Under the pieces are notes generated by a model, which was given only the letters and a program-made list of their open reading frames with translations, did no database searches and was not told where the DNA came from. A stretch of DNA of 64,000 nucleotides from assembly GCA_046327935.1 (NCBI GenBank), contig JAXLXL010000001.1, forward strand, positions 1,152,386-1,216,385, given 5' to 3'. A program made the position numbers and the translations under genes. Shown one piece after another: positions 20,249 through 29,326 of this stretch. Within the stretch, counting starts at the first letter, position 1. Each line of letters starts with the position of its first letter. This DNA is from Deinococcaceae bacterium. GTDB lineage: Bacteria; Deinococcota; Deinococci; Deinococcales; Deinococcaceae.

Positions 20249-20811
20249 GGTGATCAGCTCCTTATGTATTCACGGGTTGTTCTGTTTTTAGTCTCTATAC
20301 AAAAAATTAGAGGTAGAAAAAGCTTTATTCATAGAATAGACTTCTTTCGAAACCGAATATTGAAGAACCCAAAGCGATGAGAGGCATGTTCTCTACGTAA
20401 ATTGAACAGTCGTTGAGCCATTGTTGAACCGGTGGATGGGTTGACTTTCACACGCACAGCAATTTCCTTTGTTTTTTGGATCTGCAGTCAACGAAAACTC
20501 AGATCTGAGGGTGTCTTCAGCACAAAAATACGTGATGGATGGAGAGATTTCGTCATTTTTTCGATATTCTAGGGATCAAAAATAGCATGTGGATCTACAT
20601 TATCGGTGCTCAAAATTCTTCATTCTTCGTCGTTTAAAAATTTTCTTTATGGTTCTGTTTGAGGTTCGAAAGAAGTCTATTGAAATCAGGGGGATGAACC
20701 ATTACGTCGTTTCCCCTCAGAGATAGTCTAAAGAACTTATAACCGTCTTGCAATCCTTCTTCAACGTCTTGCTCACAAGATATAGCACATACTTGGTCAG
20801 AGCGGCACCTC

Positions 20812-21936
20812 CTAGGGCGTCGGGTGATCCATACCAACGGTGACTTGGGTTTGTTTGGGGAGAACCAAGGTGACCCACTGATCCGGATAATTGGGGTATT
20901 GGACGAGCAGGACGTAGTCGCCCGGTTGTGCGTCGGGCAGATCGAGTGTACCCGGAATGGTGCCCAGAATATCGCCAGTCTTGAGGCTGCTCAACTTCGG
21001 GGATTGGGCCACCAGGACGCGGGCGGGTCCAGGTAATGGACGCCCATTTTTTTCCAGAGTGAATGCGACTGTGCAGCATTTTGGGGTCGACTTCGAAATG
21101 GGTTCACCTCTAGGTATTTGGGTAACCGCGAACCACAGCGCCAGAGACGCGATTCCGGATAGGATGGATATGTATGCCCAATGGTACAGTGTTTTTGGTT
21201 TTGGGGATGGGGTGGAAGGCTGGATTTTTGGGGGGATTTGCCACATGCGATCCCGTTGCTCCGGTAAATCTTCAGCGGGTTCTGAAAGCATGCGAAGGCC
21301 TTCGCCCAATTCACCAACGGGTTCTTGTTCTGGGTTTTGGGTCTCTGCATCTTGGGTTTCGGTGTCTTCAAGATGGGAATCCACGGGCACACGATCGGAT
21401 TCTGCGAAATGGGGCGTTTCCGAATGGCGCTCAAGGGGTTGCCACAATGGGTTTAGGCTTTGGGCCGATTTCGAGGCCAGTTCCTCTAACCGGTCACACA
21501 GTTGGGAAAACACATACTCGTCGGTTTCGTGGGAGGGAATGGCGACCCAAGGCAAACCGGTCCCACTGATCAGAAGGGAGGTTCCATTCCACCAGATGTG
21601 ATGTGCGGCCAATCCGCCGTGTGGATGCCCATGTGCCCGAAGGTAATTCAGTGCCTGTCGTCCCTGTGCGCGCACTTCGGCCACAATGCTCTCGTGTGGG
21701 TGATGGAGCGAGAAAAACCCCATCGGAAGGTCTTCGATAAGGTAATGCTGCGCCCCTTGATATCCCGCTTCGAGAGGGGAGGCCAGGTTGGGATGGTTCA
21801 ATTCGAGTTTTCGCAGTGGACGTGCTGACGTGTAGATCAAGACGGGCATGCCTGTGATCCGATCGATCCCATAGGTCATCGAAATCTCCCCAGAGAAAAT
21901 CTCTTTGTCTGCGACGTACTGGCCAAAAAACCTCAC
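20812..21936 (-). CDS. Membrane-anchored protein with degenerate kinase-like N-terminal domain
   Basis: N-terminus resembles protein-kinase subdomains (PVLIYTS, HPNL, YLIEDL) but lacks the HRD/DFG catalytic motifs. Acidic linker, one TM helix (ISILSGIASLALWFAV), then a C-terminal extracytoplasmic domain. Confidence 0.5.
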   Translation of the reverse strand: MRFFGQYVADKEIFSGEISMTYGIDRITGMPVLIYTSARPLRKLELNHPNLASPLEAGYQGAQHYLIEDLPMGFFSLHHPHESIVAEVRAQGRQALNYLRAHGHPHGGLAAHHIWWNGTSLLISGTGLPWVAIPSHETDEYVFSQLCDRLEELASKSAQSLNPLWQPLERHSETPHFAESDRVPVDSHLEDTETQDAETQNPEQEPVGELGEGLRMLSEPAEDLPEQRDRMWQIPPKIQPSTPSPKPKTLYHWAYISILSGIASLALWFAVTQIPRGEPISKSTPKCCTVAFTLEKNGRPLPGPARVLVAQSPKLSSLKTGDILGTIPGTLDLPDAQPGDYVLLVQYPNYPDQWVTLVLPKQTQVTVGMDHPTP

Positions 21937-22028
21937 ATTCTAAAGTATAGACATTGCCGCGCAGCAATGGTTGTTTTGTGACGCGTGTTCCAACGTTGGC
22001 TGGCCTGAAGTGTTAACTTGAACATTAT

Positions 22029-23087
22029 ATGCCCAATGCTGTCAGTATCGAAAACATTCGCAATGCACTGTCTACGGTCCAAGACCCTGAGCTTCACCGC
22101 GATTTGGTGTCTTTGGGTATGGTTGAAACCATTGATTTACAGGATAACCACGTTCACATCAAGATCAATTTGACGACACCCGCTTGTCCCATGAAGGCAA
22201 CCATCGAAAAAGACATTCAGAACGCAGTTATGGCGCTTGGTGTTTCATCTGTCCGGGTTGCATTTGGGAGCACCGTTCGGGCGGTCGGTCAACCTGCACT
22301 CGAGGGTATCCAGCACATTGTGGTCGTGGGTTCTGGCAAAGGTGGCGTTGGAAAATCCTCTGTGGCCGTCAACTTGGCAGCGTCTTTGGCCGCGAGTGGG
22401 GCAAAAGTGGGGCTCATGGACGGGGACATCTACGGTCCAAGTGTGGCCCACATGTTGGGTGAATCAGACGCCCGAATTCGTGCCACAGCGGACCGAAAAA
22501 TGATCCCTTTGGAAAAACACGGCTTCAAATTTGTCAGTATGGCCAATTTGGTTGCTCCCGGACAGGCGCTGGTGTGGCGAGGTCCCATGTTGCATTCGGC
22601 CATCCAGCAATTCCTCCGGGATGTGGCGTGGGGAGAATTGGACTACCTGATCGTCGATTTGCCTCCAGGAACCGGCGACGTTCAACTTTCCCTTTCGACC
22701 AGTGCGCGTATTTCCGGTGCCGTCATCGTCACGACCCCTCAGGATGTCGCCCTCATCGATGCCAGTCGGGCCGTCGATATGTTTCGCAAAAACAACGTGC
22801 CTATCTTGGGCATGGTCGAAAATATGAGCTATTTTGTCGCGCCAGATACGGGCGTTCGGTACGATATCTTCGGCCAAGGTGGAGCCAAAGCAGAGGCTGA
22901 ACGCTTGGGTCTGTTTTTCTTGGGGCAGATTCCACTCGACATTCCAGCCCGAGAAGCGGGTGATGCGGGCATTCCGGTTGTGTTGTCCAGTCCGCAAGGT
23001 TTTGCAGCGCAGGCCCTTTTGGGAATTGCGGGCAGTTTGGCTGGACAAATCAGTGTCCAAAGTCTCGCTGTTTTGCCGATGGTTTGA
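22029..23087 (+). CDS. apbC: Mrp/NBP35 family Fe-S cluster carrier ATPase
   Basis: N-terminal DUF59-like region and a deviant Walker A GKGGVGKSS. Conserved CxxC absent or atypical, not checked. Confidence 0.85.
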   Translation: MPNAVSIENIRNALSTVQDPELHRDLVSLGMVETIDLQDNHVHIKINLTTPACPMKATIEKDIQNAVMALGVSSVRVAFGSTVRAVGQPALEGIQHIVVVGSGKGGVGKSSVAVNLAASLAASGAKVGLMDGDIYGPSVAHMLGESDARIRATADRKMIPLEKHGFKFVSMANLVAPGQALVWRGPMLHSAIQQFLRDVAWGELDYLIVDLPPGTGDVQLSLSTSARISGAVIVTTPQDVALIDASRAVDMFRKNNVPILGMVENMSYFVAPDTGVRYDIFGQGGAKAEAERLGLFFLGQIPLDIPAREAGDAGIPVVLSSPQGFAAQALLGIAGSLAGQISVQSLAVLPMV

Positions 23088-23731
23088 CGATGGTGATCGA
23101 AGGGGAAAACAGCAAAGCCCGGTTGCTCGGTTTGCTCAAGTCTTGCAATGGCTCAACCGCACAGGACTTGGCACAGGATTTGTCTGTCAGTGTACCGGCC
23201 GTTCGTCGACATTTGGTGGATCTGTCGCAGGCCGGCTGGGTTACCGTTCATGTCGAGAAACGCTGTGGTCGGGGACGTCCACAACAGGTGTACCGCCTCT
23301 CCCAAAAAGGAGAAGGGTTGTTTCCCAAGCGGTATGCACACCTCTGTTTGGATATTTTGGCCCATTTGGAAAGCCTGTTTGGCTCAGATGCCTTGCTCAA
23401 AACAATGGACGCGCGGGAAGACAAGCTGTTTCAAGAGTGGCTTCCTCGGTTCGAGAACTGCACAACCCTGGAAGCCAAATTATATGTCCTGGTCGAGGTT
23501 TTGTGCGAGGCGGGGTACCAGGCACGTCTGGTTTTTGAAGGGTCGCAGGCCTATCTCGAACAGGGAAACTGCCCCAACCTCGAGGTCGCATGCACGTACA
23601 AACAGCTGTGTGTTGCTGAGCAGCGGCTCTATGAACGGCTTCTGGAAACCTCTGTTGTCCGTGAGAGCCAGATTTCTTCTGGTGCAGGGTTCTGTCGGTA
23701 CCGTGTAAAAACGCAGTTGCTTTTGCAGTGA
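23084..23731 (+). CDS. Winged-helix transcriptional regulator (COG2345-like)
   Basis: N-terminal wHTH LLGLLKSCNGSTAQDLAQDLSVSVPAVRRHLVDL. Start overlaps the mrp stop (ATGA). Confidence 0.55.
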   Translation: MTMVIEGENSKARLLGLLKSCNGSTAQDLAQDLSVSVPAVRRHLVDLSQAGWVTVHVEKRCGRGRPQQVYRLSQKGEGLFPKRYAHLCLDILAHLESLFGSDALLKTMDAREDKLFQEWLPRFENCTTLEAKLYVLVEVLCEAGYQARLVFEGSQAYLEQGNCPNLEVACTYKQLCVAEQRLYERLLETSVVRESQISSGAGFCRYRVKTQLLLQ

Positions 23732-23952
23732 ATTGGGCAAGGGTATTACCCTTATCTACGTACATCAAAAACAAGCATCGGATCATTTTTCAATTCGCAC
23801 CAAAATGATAAAATTTAGCAAACGCGTCTTGGGCGCGTATTTTTTGTTATTTTTGTGAAGTTGGTTGGCTTCTCTGTGACATTTGCTTTGGAATTTCGCA
23901 TACAATGGGGGAACATATTCCCGTGCGTCCTCGGGTTTGGGGAGAAGAACAG

Positions 23953-24621
23953 ATGCCTGAATTTTTTGCAGCTTTATCGGGTGAAGCGCGCGCCGATTTG
24001 CGGTCTGCCTTGCGTCCTCAGCAATTTGAACGCGGTGCGTTGCTCTTTCACACCGAGGATCGTGCTGAGACACTCTATTTTCTGCATGCGGGTCACGTGC
24101 GCTTGTACCGTTTGGGCAGTGCTGCGCGTGAGGTCACTGTGGGTGTGCTTGACCCTGGATACGTCCTGGGAGAAATGGCCCTTTTGGGTGGGGATTACGG
24201 TCTCTATGCTGAGGCTTTGGATGGGGTTCAGGCTTCGGCCATTGGTGTGGAAACCTGGAAACAGCTTCTCAAAAAACATCCCACACTGAATTTTGCCTTC
24301 AGTCGCCAGATCGTTCGGCAGGCTCAGGGGCAACAGACCCGACTCATCCATCTCGTCTTTATGGAGGTTTCGCAGCGGTTGGCCTTGGTGCTTTTGCGAT
24401 TGGCCAATCAAAAGTGTGACATTGTCGCGGGCAAGCGCAGGCTGAGTGGACGCGTGTCCCATCAGGATCTTGCGCATTTGGCGGGCTCTACGCGGGAGAC
24501 CATTACCAAACTCCTTGGAGAATTCAAAGAACAGGGCATCATCGAACTGGGTTACCGTAGAATCATTCTTGTGGATGAAGAGAGACTCCAAGAAATGACG
24601 GTGACACCGCTACCTCTATGA
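23953..24621 (+). CDS. Crp/Fnr family transcriptional regulator
   Basis: cNMP-binding beta-roll followed by C-terminal HTH RETITKLLGEFKEQGII. GGAGAAG RBS before ATG 23953. The ORF-track start at 23905 is upstream. Confidence 0.75.
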   Translation: MPEFFAALSGEARADLRSALRPQQFERGALLFHTEDRAETLYFLHAGHVRLYRLGSAAREVTVGVLDPGYVLGEMALLGGDYGLYAEALDGVQASAIGVETWKQLLKKHPTLNFAFSRQIVRQAQGQQTRLIHLVFMEVSQRLALVLLRLANQKCDIVAGKRRLSGRVSHQDLAHLAGSTRETITKLLGEFKEQGIIELGYRRIILVDEERLQEMTVTPLPL

Positions 24622-26168
24622 ACCGAAATGCCAGTGTTGCAAGTGGATTTTTAACCGGAGATTTACAAGATTTGTACAGACATTCCCCCAGGAATTTTTC
24701 GCAAACACAGGCGCCTCCTCCCATTGATCGCGCTCGGTTGGCGGGTGCATTGGAAAAATACCACCGCGCCCTTGGGTTGTGGACGCCCGGGGTCTCAAAA
24801 TCGCTCGAACGCCTGAGGCATCCAGCGTCCCGTGTGGTCATCGCCGGACAGCAGGCGGGACTTTTGGGTGGACCTGCCCTGACCGTACACAAAGCCGTCG
24901 ATGCGGTGTTGCTCGCCCGACAGTTGAGCACCGAGGATCGTCCTGTGATTCCTGTATTTTGGGTTGCCAGCCAAGACCATGACACGCAAGAGATCGCTCA
25001 AACGACCCTTATGGACAGCGAAGAGCGTTTTTTCGATTTGAGTTTGCCTTTTGCCGCCGAACATCCCGTCGGACGGATTCTGCACCAAAAGCAGTGGGTC
25101 ACGCGCATTTTGTCTGCACTGGAAGACTTTCAGGCGCCACAGGCGTTTAAGCGTCAAGTCTTTGATTGGATTCTCGAAAGCCACAGTGGAATTGACCGTT
25201 ACGTCGATGGCTTTGTTCGCCTCATTGCGTCACAGCTCAGCGCCTTAGAGTTGCTTTACGTTGACCCACTGCATCCGGAATTGGTCACACTGTTTGACGA
25301 AGCCTTACTGGACGAGCTCGAGGATCCACTCACTGGTCCACGTCACATCGAAGAGGCCGCGCAAATTTTGGTTCAGCGTGGTTATAAACCCCAATTGCGT
25401 CGTCCAAAAGGCTCGACCAATCTCTTTTTGGAAGGCCAGGACGGACGTCGCCGCCTTCTCAAATACGAGGCAAAAACCTTTTATGCCGATCGAAGTTACA
25501 CCCAGCAACAGCTCCGACAAACACTTGTGGAACGCCCAGGATGCTTGACTCCCGCGGCCGGACTTCGTCCCATTCTTCAAGACAAGGTTTTTCCAACTTT
25601 GGCCGTTGTGCTCGGACCCGGTGAAACTGGATACTTTGCCCAACTCAAGGATGTCTATCCCCTGCATGGTTTGGAACAGCCTGTGATTTGGCCCCGGTTG
25701 ACGGTGACTTGGCTGGAACCGCCTGTCGTTCGCATGCTGCAAAAGTACGGGTTTACGGCCCATGCGTTCCAGTCCAATCCCAATGGCGTGTTCGAGCGCA
25801 CCCTCATGGAACAGTCCGGTTGGGAAGACCGCTTTGACCGCCATCAGCGCAATCTGGCGGATCTCCTTTGCGAAATGACAGAAGATGTGAACTGTTTTGA
25901 TGTTTCGTTGCTCAGGCCACTCGAGCGTGCACGCAAACACAGCGAGGAAACGTTGCGGCGTCTCGAACGCAGTATCACCCAATCCCTTATGCGCAAGGAC
26001 GCCGATGCGCAAATCCATTTTTCCCGCCTCAAACGCCATTTGCTTCCACATGGTGTTCCACAGGAGCGCCAAATCAATTTTCTCAGCTTTACGCTCAAAC
26101 ATGGAACTGTTCCACTTGAACGTTTGCTTCAGCAACATCCCGGCCAATCCCTCGAGATGGCCTTGTGA
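24618..26168 (+). CDS. bshC: Bacillithiol biosynthesis cysteine-adding enzyme BshC (YllA family)
   Basis: 516 aa, the length and architecture of BshC. Conserved GPGE-x-YW-type segment VLGPGETGYFAQ. ATGA overlap with the upstream gene. Confidence 0.6.
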   Translation: MNRNASVASGFLTGDLQDLYRHSPRNFSQTQAPPPIDRARLAGALEKYHRALGLWTPGVSKSLERLRHPASRVVIAGQQAGLLGGPALTVHKAVDAVLLARQLSTEDRPVIPVFWVASQDHDTQEIAQTTLMDSEERFFDLSLPFAAEHPVGRILHQKQWVTRILSALEDFQAPQAFKRQVFDWILESHSGIDRYVDGFVRLIASQLSALELLYVDPLHPELVTLFDEALLDELEDPLTGPRHIEEAAQILVQRGYKPQLRRPKGSTNLFLEGQDGRRRLLKYEAKTFYADRSYTQQQLRQTLVERPGCLTPAAGLRPILQDKVFPTLAVVLGPGETGYFAQLKDVYPLHGLEQPVIWPRLTVTWLEPPVVRMLQKYGFTAHAFQSNPNGVFERTLMEQSGWEDRFDRHQRNLADLLCEMTEDVNCFDVSLLRPLERARKHSEETLRRLERSITQSLMRKDADAQIHFSRLKRHLLPHGVPQERQINFLSFTLKHGTVPLERLLQQHPGQSLEMAL

Positions 26169-26221
26169 GAAGGTCAGGTCAGGGTCACGCCAAACCCTTA
26201 TACTGAATCAGAGGTGGCATC

Positions 26222-26782
26222 ATGAAATACTTGCTGTTCATGCTTGTGTGGATCTCCAGTTTGGGGGGTGCGTCGGCACTCACCTTCGAGGGGTTTGCAT
26301 CAGAGGTTCCTCAAGATGCCCGTTTGGGTTTGTTTTACGTACAGGGAAATGGAAAAATAGGTGCTGAATTGACGAGCACCGCCTTTGTGGGAAAATCCTT
26401 TGTCCTTGAGATGCCCAAGGGTGTGCCCGAGCAGGTTCCGGTTTCGCCCATCACAAGCGACAACATCGCGTGGGTCGGCATTGTCGGAAAGATCAATCTA
26501 TCGGCTGCGGTTAAGGGCACTGAACTGAAACTGCTGCTGTACCAAGACACCAACAAAAACCAAAAATACGATGTTACAGAAGTGAATTTTGATGTTCGCG
26601 CGCACAAAGGGCGGGTTACCCTGACATTTTTGTACCTCAGTGACGCGCTTCAGGTGACCGCCGACAAGGGGTTTTCGGTGGATTTGCCCAAAGGCTATGT
26701 TGTGCTCGGTATCGAAGCGGGTCGGACCATCAAAGGCAACGTCTTTTCACAAAAGGTTGAAGCCGATCTGGACATCTACTGA
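26222..26782 (+). CDS. Secreted hypothetical protein
   Basis: Signal peptide MKYLLFMLVWISSLGGASA. Confidence 0.5.
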   Translation: MKYLLFMLVWISSLGGASALTFEGFASEVPQDARLGLFYVQGNGKIGAELTSTAFVGKSFVLEMPKGVPEQVPVSPITSDNIAWVGIVGKINLSAAVKGTELKLLLYQDTNKNQKYDVTEVNFDVRAHKGRVTLTFLYLSDALQVTADKGFSVDLPKGYVVLGIEAGRTIKGNVFSQKVEADLDIY

Positions 26783-27159
26783 TTGCTGTTCAGAAGCGTC
26801 TGACGCTTTTTCCAAGACCGCCTTCGCCACATGACGTAGCTGGCCCAAGTTGAGATCAAGAGGAGGGCGGAGGCGGATTTTGGAGACAAGAGATCAAAAG
26901 CCCGTTCAACGATGTCAAGATTCACGGAAATTCCCGTTAGGCCCGACCACAGGCTCACCACCAAAATGATGGGAAGGGCCAGGGAAAGAAGGCCGACACC
27001 CACAAAAAGCACAAAGGGAATAAACAAAAAGGGTGTCAGAAGAAGGCCCTCCACGATGAAGCGAGCCAAGGGCATTTTTGGAGCAGTGAAGGTTCGAACA
27101 GAAAGTTGCGCTGAATTCTTAGAGAGCAGAGAGGTTTTTTCAGGGGGCTTTTCAGTCAT
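26776..27159 (-). CDS. Small membrane protein
   Basis: 127 aa with two hydrophobic helices. Convergent with the previous gene. Confidence 0.45.
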   Translation of the reverse strand: MTEKPPEKTSLLSKNSAQLSVRTFTAPKMPLARFIVEGLLLTPFLFIPFVLFVGVGLLSLALPIILVVSLWSGLTGISVNLDIVERAFDLLSPKSASALLLISTWASYVMWRRRSWKKRQTLLNSNQ

Positions 27160-27223
27160 GGTGACCTCGGGTTCTCTTTTTATTTTAGCTCGGCGTGTCG
27201 CAAAAGGCTAAATCATTTCATAC

Positions 27224-27256
27224 CAAAAAACCACGCGTCCAAAGACGGTGGTTTTT
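27224..27256 (-). terminator. Rho-independent terminator of rpsT
   Basis: AAAAACCAC / GTGGTTTTT 9-bp stem with a T-run on the minus strand. Confidence 0.55.
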
Positions 27257-27278
27257 AAACGTTCAAAGCGCTTTGGAT

Positions 27279-27557
27279 TCAGACTGCCAAAGCGGCTTTT
27301 TCTTTGTTGATGCGTTTTGCCAAACGGCTCTTTTTGCGGGCAGCTGTCCGCTTGTGGAGTGTCGATCCCTTGGCGGCTTTGTCAATCAGACTTTCGGCTT
27401 TGCTGTGCAATACGGTTGCATCTTCTGCACCTGTGCGCACGGCGTCCACTGCTTTTTTGGTGAAGGTCTTGATGGTGGATTTCTTCGAACGGTTGCGGAG
27501 CCTGCGCTTGAGGCTTTGGCGGTGACGTTTTTGAGCGGATTTGTGACGAAGTGCCAT
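27279..27557 (-). CDS. rpsT: 30S ribosomal protein S20
   Basis: [22 protein letters not shown]... is the bS20 signature. GGAGA RBS. The ORF-track N-terminal extension is rejected. Confidence 0.85.
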   Translation of the reverse strand: MALRHKSAQKRHRQSLKRRLRNRSKKSTIKTFTKKAVDAVRTGAEDATVLHSKAESLIDKAAKGSTLHKRTAARKKSRLAKRINKEKAALAV

Positions 27558-27714
27558 GATTGTTTCTCCTTCTTTCGTGGTTACACGAAGCGGTCTCCGT
27601 TGGGAAACGCGAGCGTCGGCATAAAGCAAAGCAAAAGTGCCGCGCAAAAGCTTGGCAAACCAAGCCTTTAAACTCTAGCCCACCTGATGCCGAAATTGCA
27701 AATACACTGGTGGT

Positions 27715-29307
27715 GTGTCTGTGATTTTAGATTCCTTAGGGCCCTATACAAACCGGCGGGTGCTGCTTGCCCTTTCCGGCGGTTCAGACTCGGTGGGATT
27801 GCTCCGAGGTCTTTTGGCTGTCGGTGCAGATGTGAGGGCCGCCCACTTTGAGCACCGAAATATCGTTTCCAAATCGGGTGCTGTGGCCGACGACCCGACG
27901 TTTGTCGCTCAGATCTGCGCTGAACTGGGTGTTCCTCTGGCGGTTCAGGGTGCAGATGTTCCAGAGATTGCAGCCGTCCGAAAATGGTCGTTGGAAGAGG
28001 CCGGCAGAAGGCTTCGCTACTCTTTTCTGACCCGGGTGGCCAAAGCGGAGCGGATCGACGTGATTTTGACCGCTCACACCCTCCAAGACCAGGCAGAGAC
28101 GGTGTTGCTTCAGTTGTTTCGAGGAACGGCAAAAGCGACGGGGATTCCGCCAAAACGGGGTCATATTGAGCGGCCTTGGCTCGGCGTCGACAAAGGGGAC
28201 ATTCAGGATTATTTGCGCAGCCTCGGGCAGTCCTGGCGGGAAGACCAAACCAACCTCGAAGACCGACAGACGCGCACATGGCTCAGACTTCACGTTCTGC
28301 CAGAAATCAGAAGCCGGTTTCCTCGGGCCGATCACGCCCTCGCACGCTACGCCAGGTTCGCAACACAGGACGAACAGGTCTTTGAAAGGTTGTTCCCAAT
28401 GACGCCCTACACGGATTGGAGGAGCGAGCCACCGGCCATCCAAAGGCGCTTGATTGTCCAGTCTCTTTTGCATCAGAAGGTGCCGTTTGACGCCCAAACA
28501 GTGGATCAACTGGCGGGGTTTCTACACAGCCCCAAGGCAGAACACCTTTTGCTCAAAAAACCGCTCACCGTTCAGATGGGGCAACTCTGGTGGGATGTTC
28601 CAGACTGTCCCAAACCCGATTTTGAATATCCGGAACGTTGGATGTTGCGCCATCGCGAACCGGGTGACACGATTGCGCTTTCGGGCGGGCGGAAAAAACT
28701 GAAAGATGTGCTCATCGACAAAAAAATCCCCCGAACCTGGCGCGATCACCTCTGGGTTCTGGCAGAGGGCCACGACATAAAATGGGTCGGGATTCCCAAA
28801 GGGTATGCCGTGGGGTCATTTGGGAATATAGAATTAAAATCACGTCCTGGACGTTGGTATCCCGAAATGCAGAGGGCACTGGGTTGGGCGCGGCAGGCCA
28901 TGTTGGAGGGCGAGGTGCCTGTGGGTGCAATTGTGACTGCGCAGGATGGCACTGTGGTGGGTGAAGGCTACAACCGATCCAGGGTCCTGGGGGACATGAC
29001 GGAACATGCCGAACTTTGGGCCATCAGGGAAGCGAGCCGGAAAATCGGTCCCTATCTCAAAGGGTGCACACTTGTGGTTTCTTTGGAGCCTTGTCCAATG
29101 TGCTACGGAGCGGCACTCGAGGCGCGCATTGACCGAATTGTGTACGGCGCCGTAAACCCCAAAATGGGCGCTTTGGGTGGCGTGGTAGACCTGGGTAGAT
29201 GTGCTTTTGGACACAAAATGGATGTCGTTCCCCGGGTGTGTGAACGGGAATCGGAGGCTTTGCTCAAAGGGTTTTTCGGTGATCTCAGGTCGCGTTCCAA
29301 GCTGTAA
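27715..29307 (+). CDS. tilS: Fusion protein: tRNA(Ile)-lysidine synthetase TilS plus tRNA adenosine(34) deaminase TadA
   Basis: N-terminal PP-loop LALSGGSDS and TilS C-domain (GDTIALSGGRKKLKDVLIDKKIP). The C-terminal 150 aa is a full CDA domain with HAE (TEHAELWAIR) and SLEPCPMCYGA. One continuous 530-aa ORF. Confidence 0.8.
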   Translation: MSVILDSLGPYTNRRVLLALSGGSDSVGLLRGLLAVGADVRAAHFEHRNIVSKSGAVADDPTFVAQICAELGVPLAVQGADVPEIAAVRKWSLEEAGRRLRYSFLTRVAKAERIDVILTAHTLQDQAETVLLQLFRGTAKATGIPPKRGHIERPWLGVDKGDIQDYLRSLGQSWREDQTNLEDRQTRTWLRLHVLPEIRSRFPRADHALARYARFATQDEQVFERLFPMTPYTDWRSEPPAIQRRLIVQSLLHQKVPFDAQTVDQLAGFLHSPKAEHLLLKKPLTVQMGQLWWDVPDCPKPDFEYPERWMLRHREPGDTIALSGGRKKLKDVLIDKKIPRTWRDHLWVLAEGHDIKWVGIPKGYAVGSFGNIELKSRPGRWYPEMQRALGWARQAMLEGEVPVGAIVTAQDGTVVGEGYNRSRVLGDMTEHAELWAIREASRKIGPYLKGCTLVVSLEPCPMCYGAALEARIDRIVYGAVNPKMGALGGVVDLGRCAFGHKMDVVPRVCERESEALLKGFFGDLRSRSKL

Positions 29308-29326
29308 AAAGGCTAAACTGAAGTTC

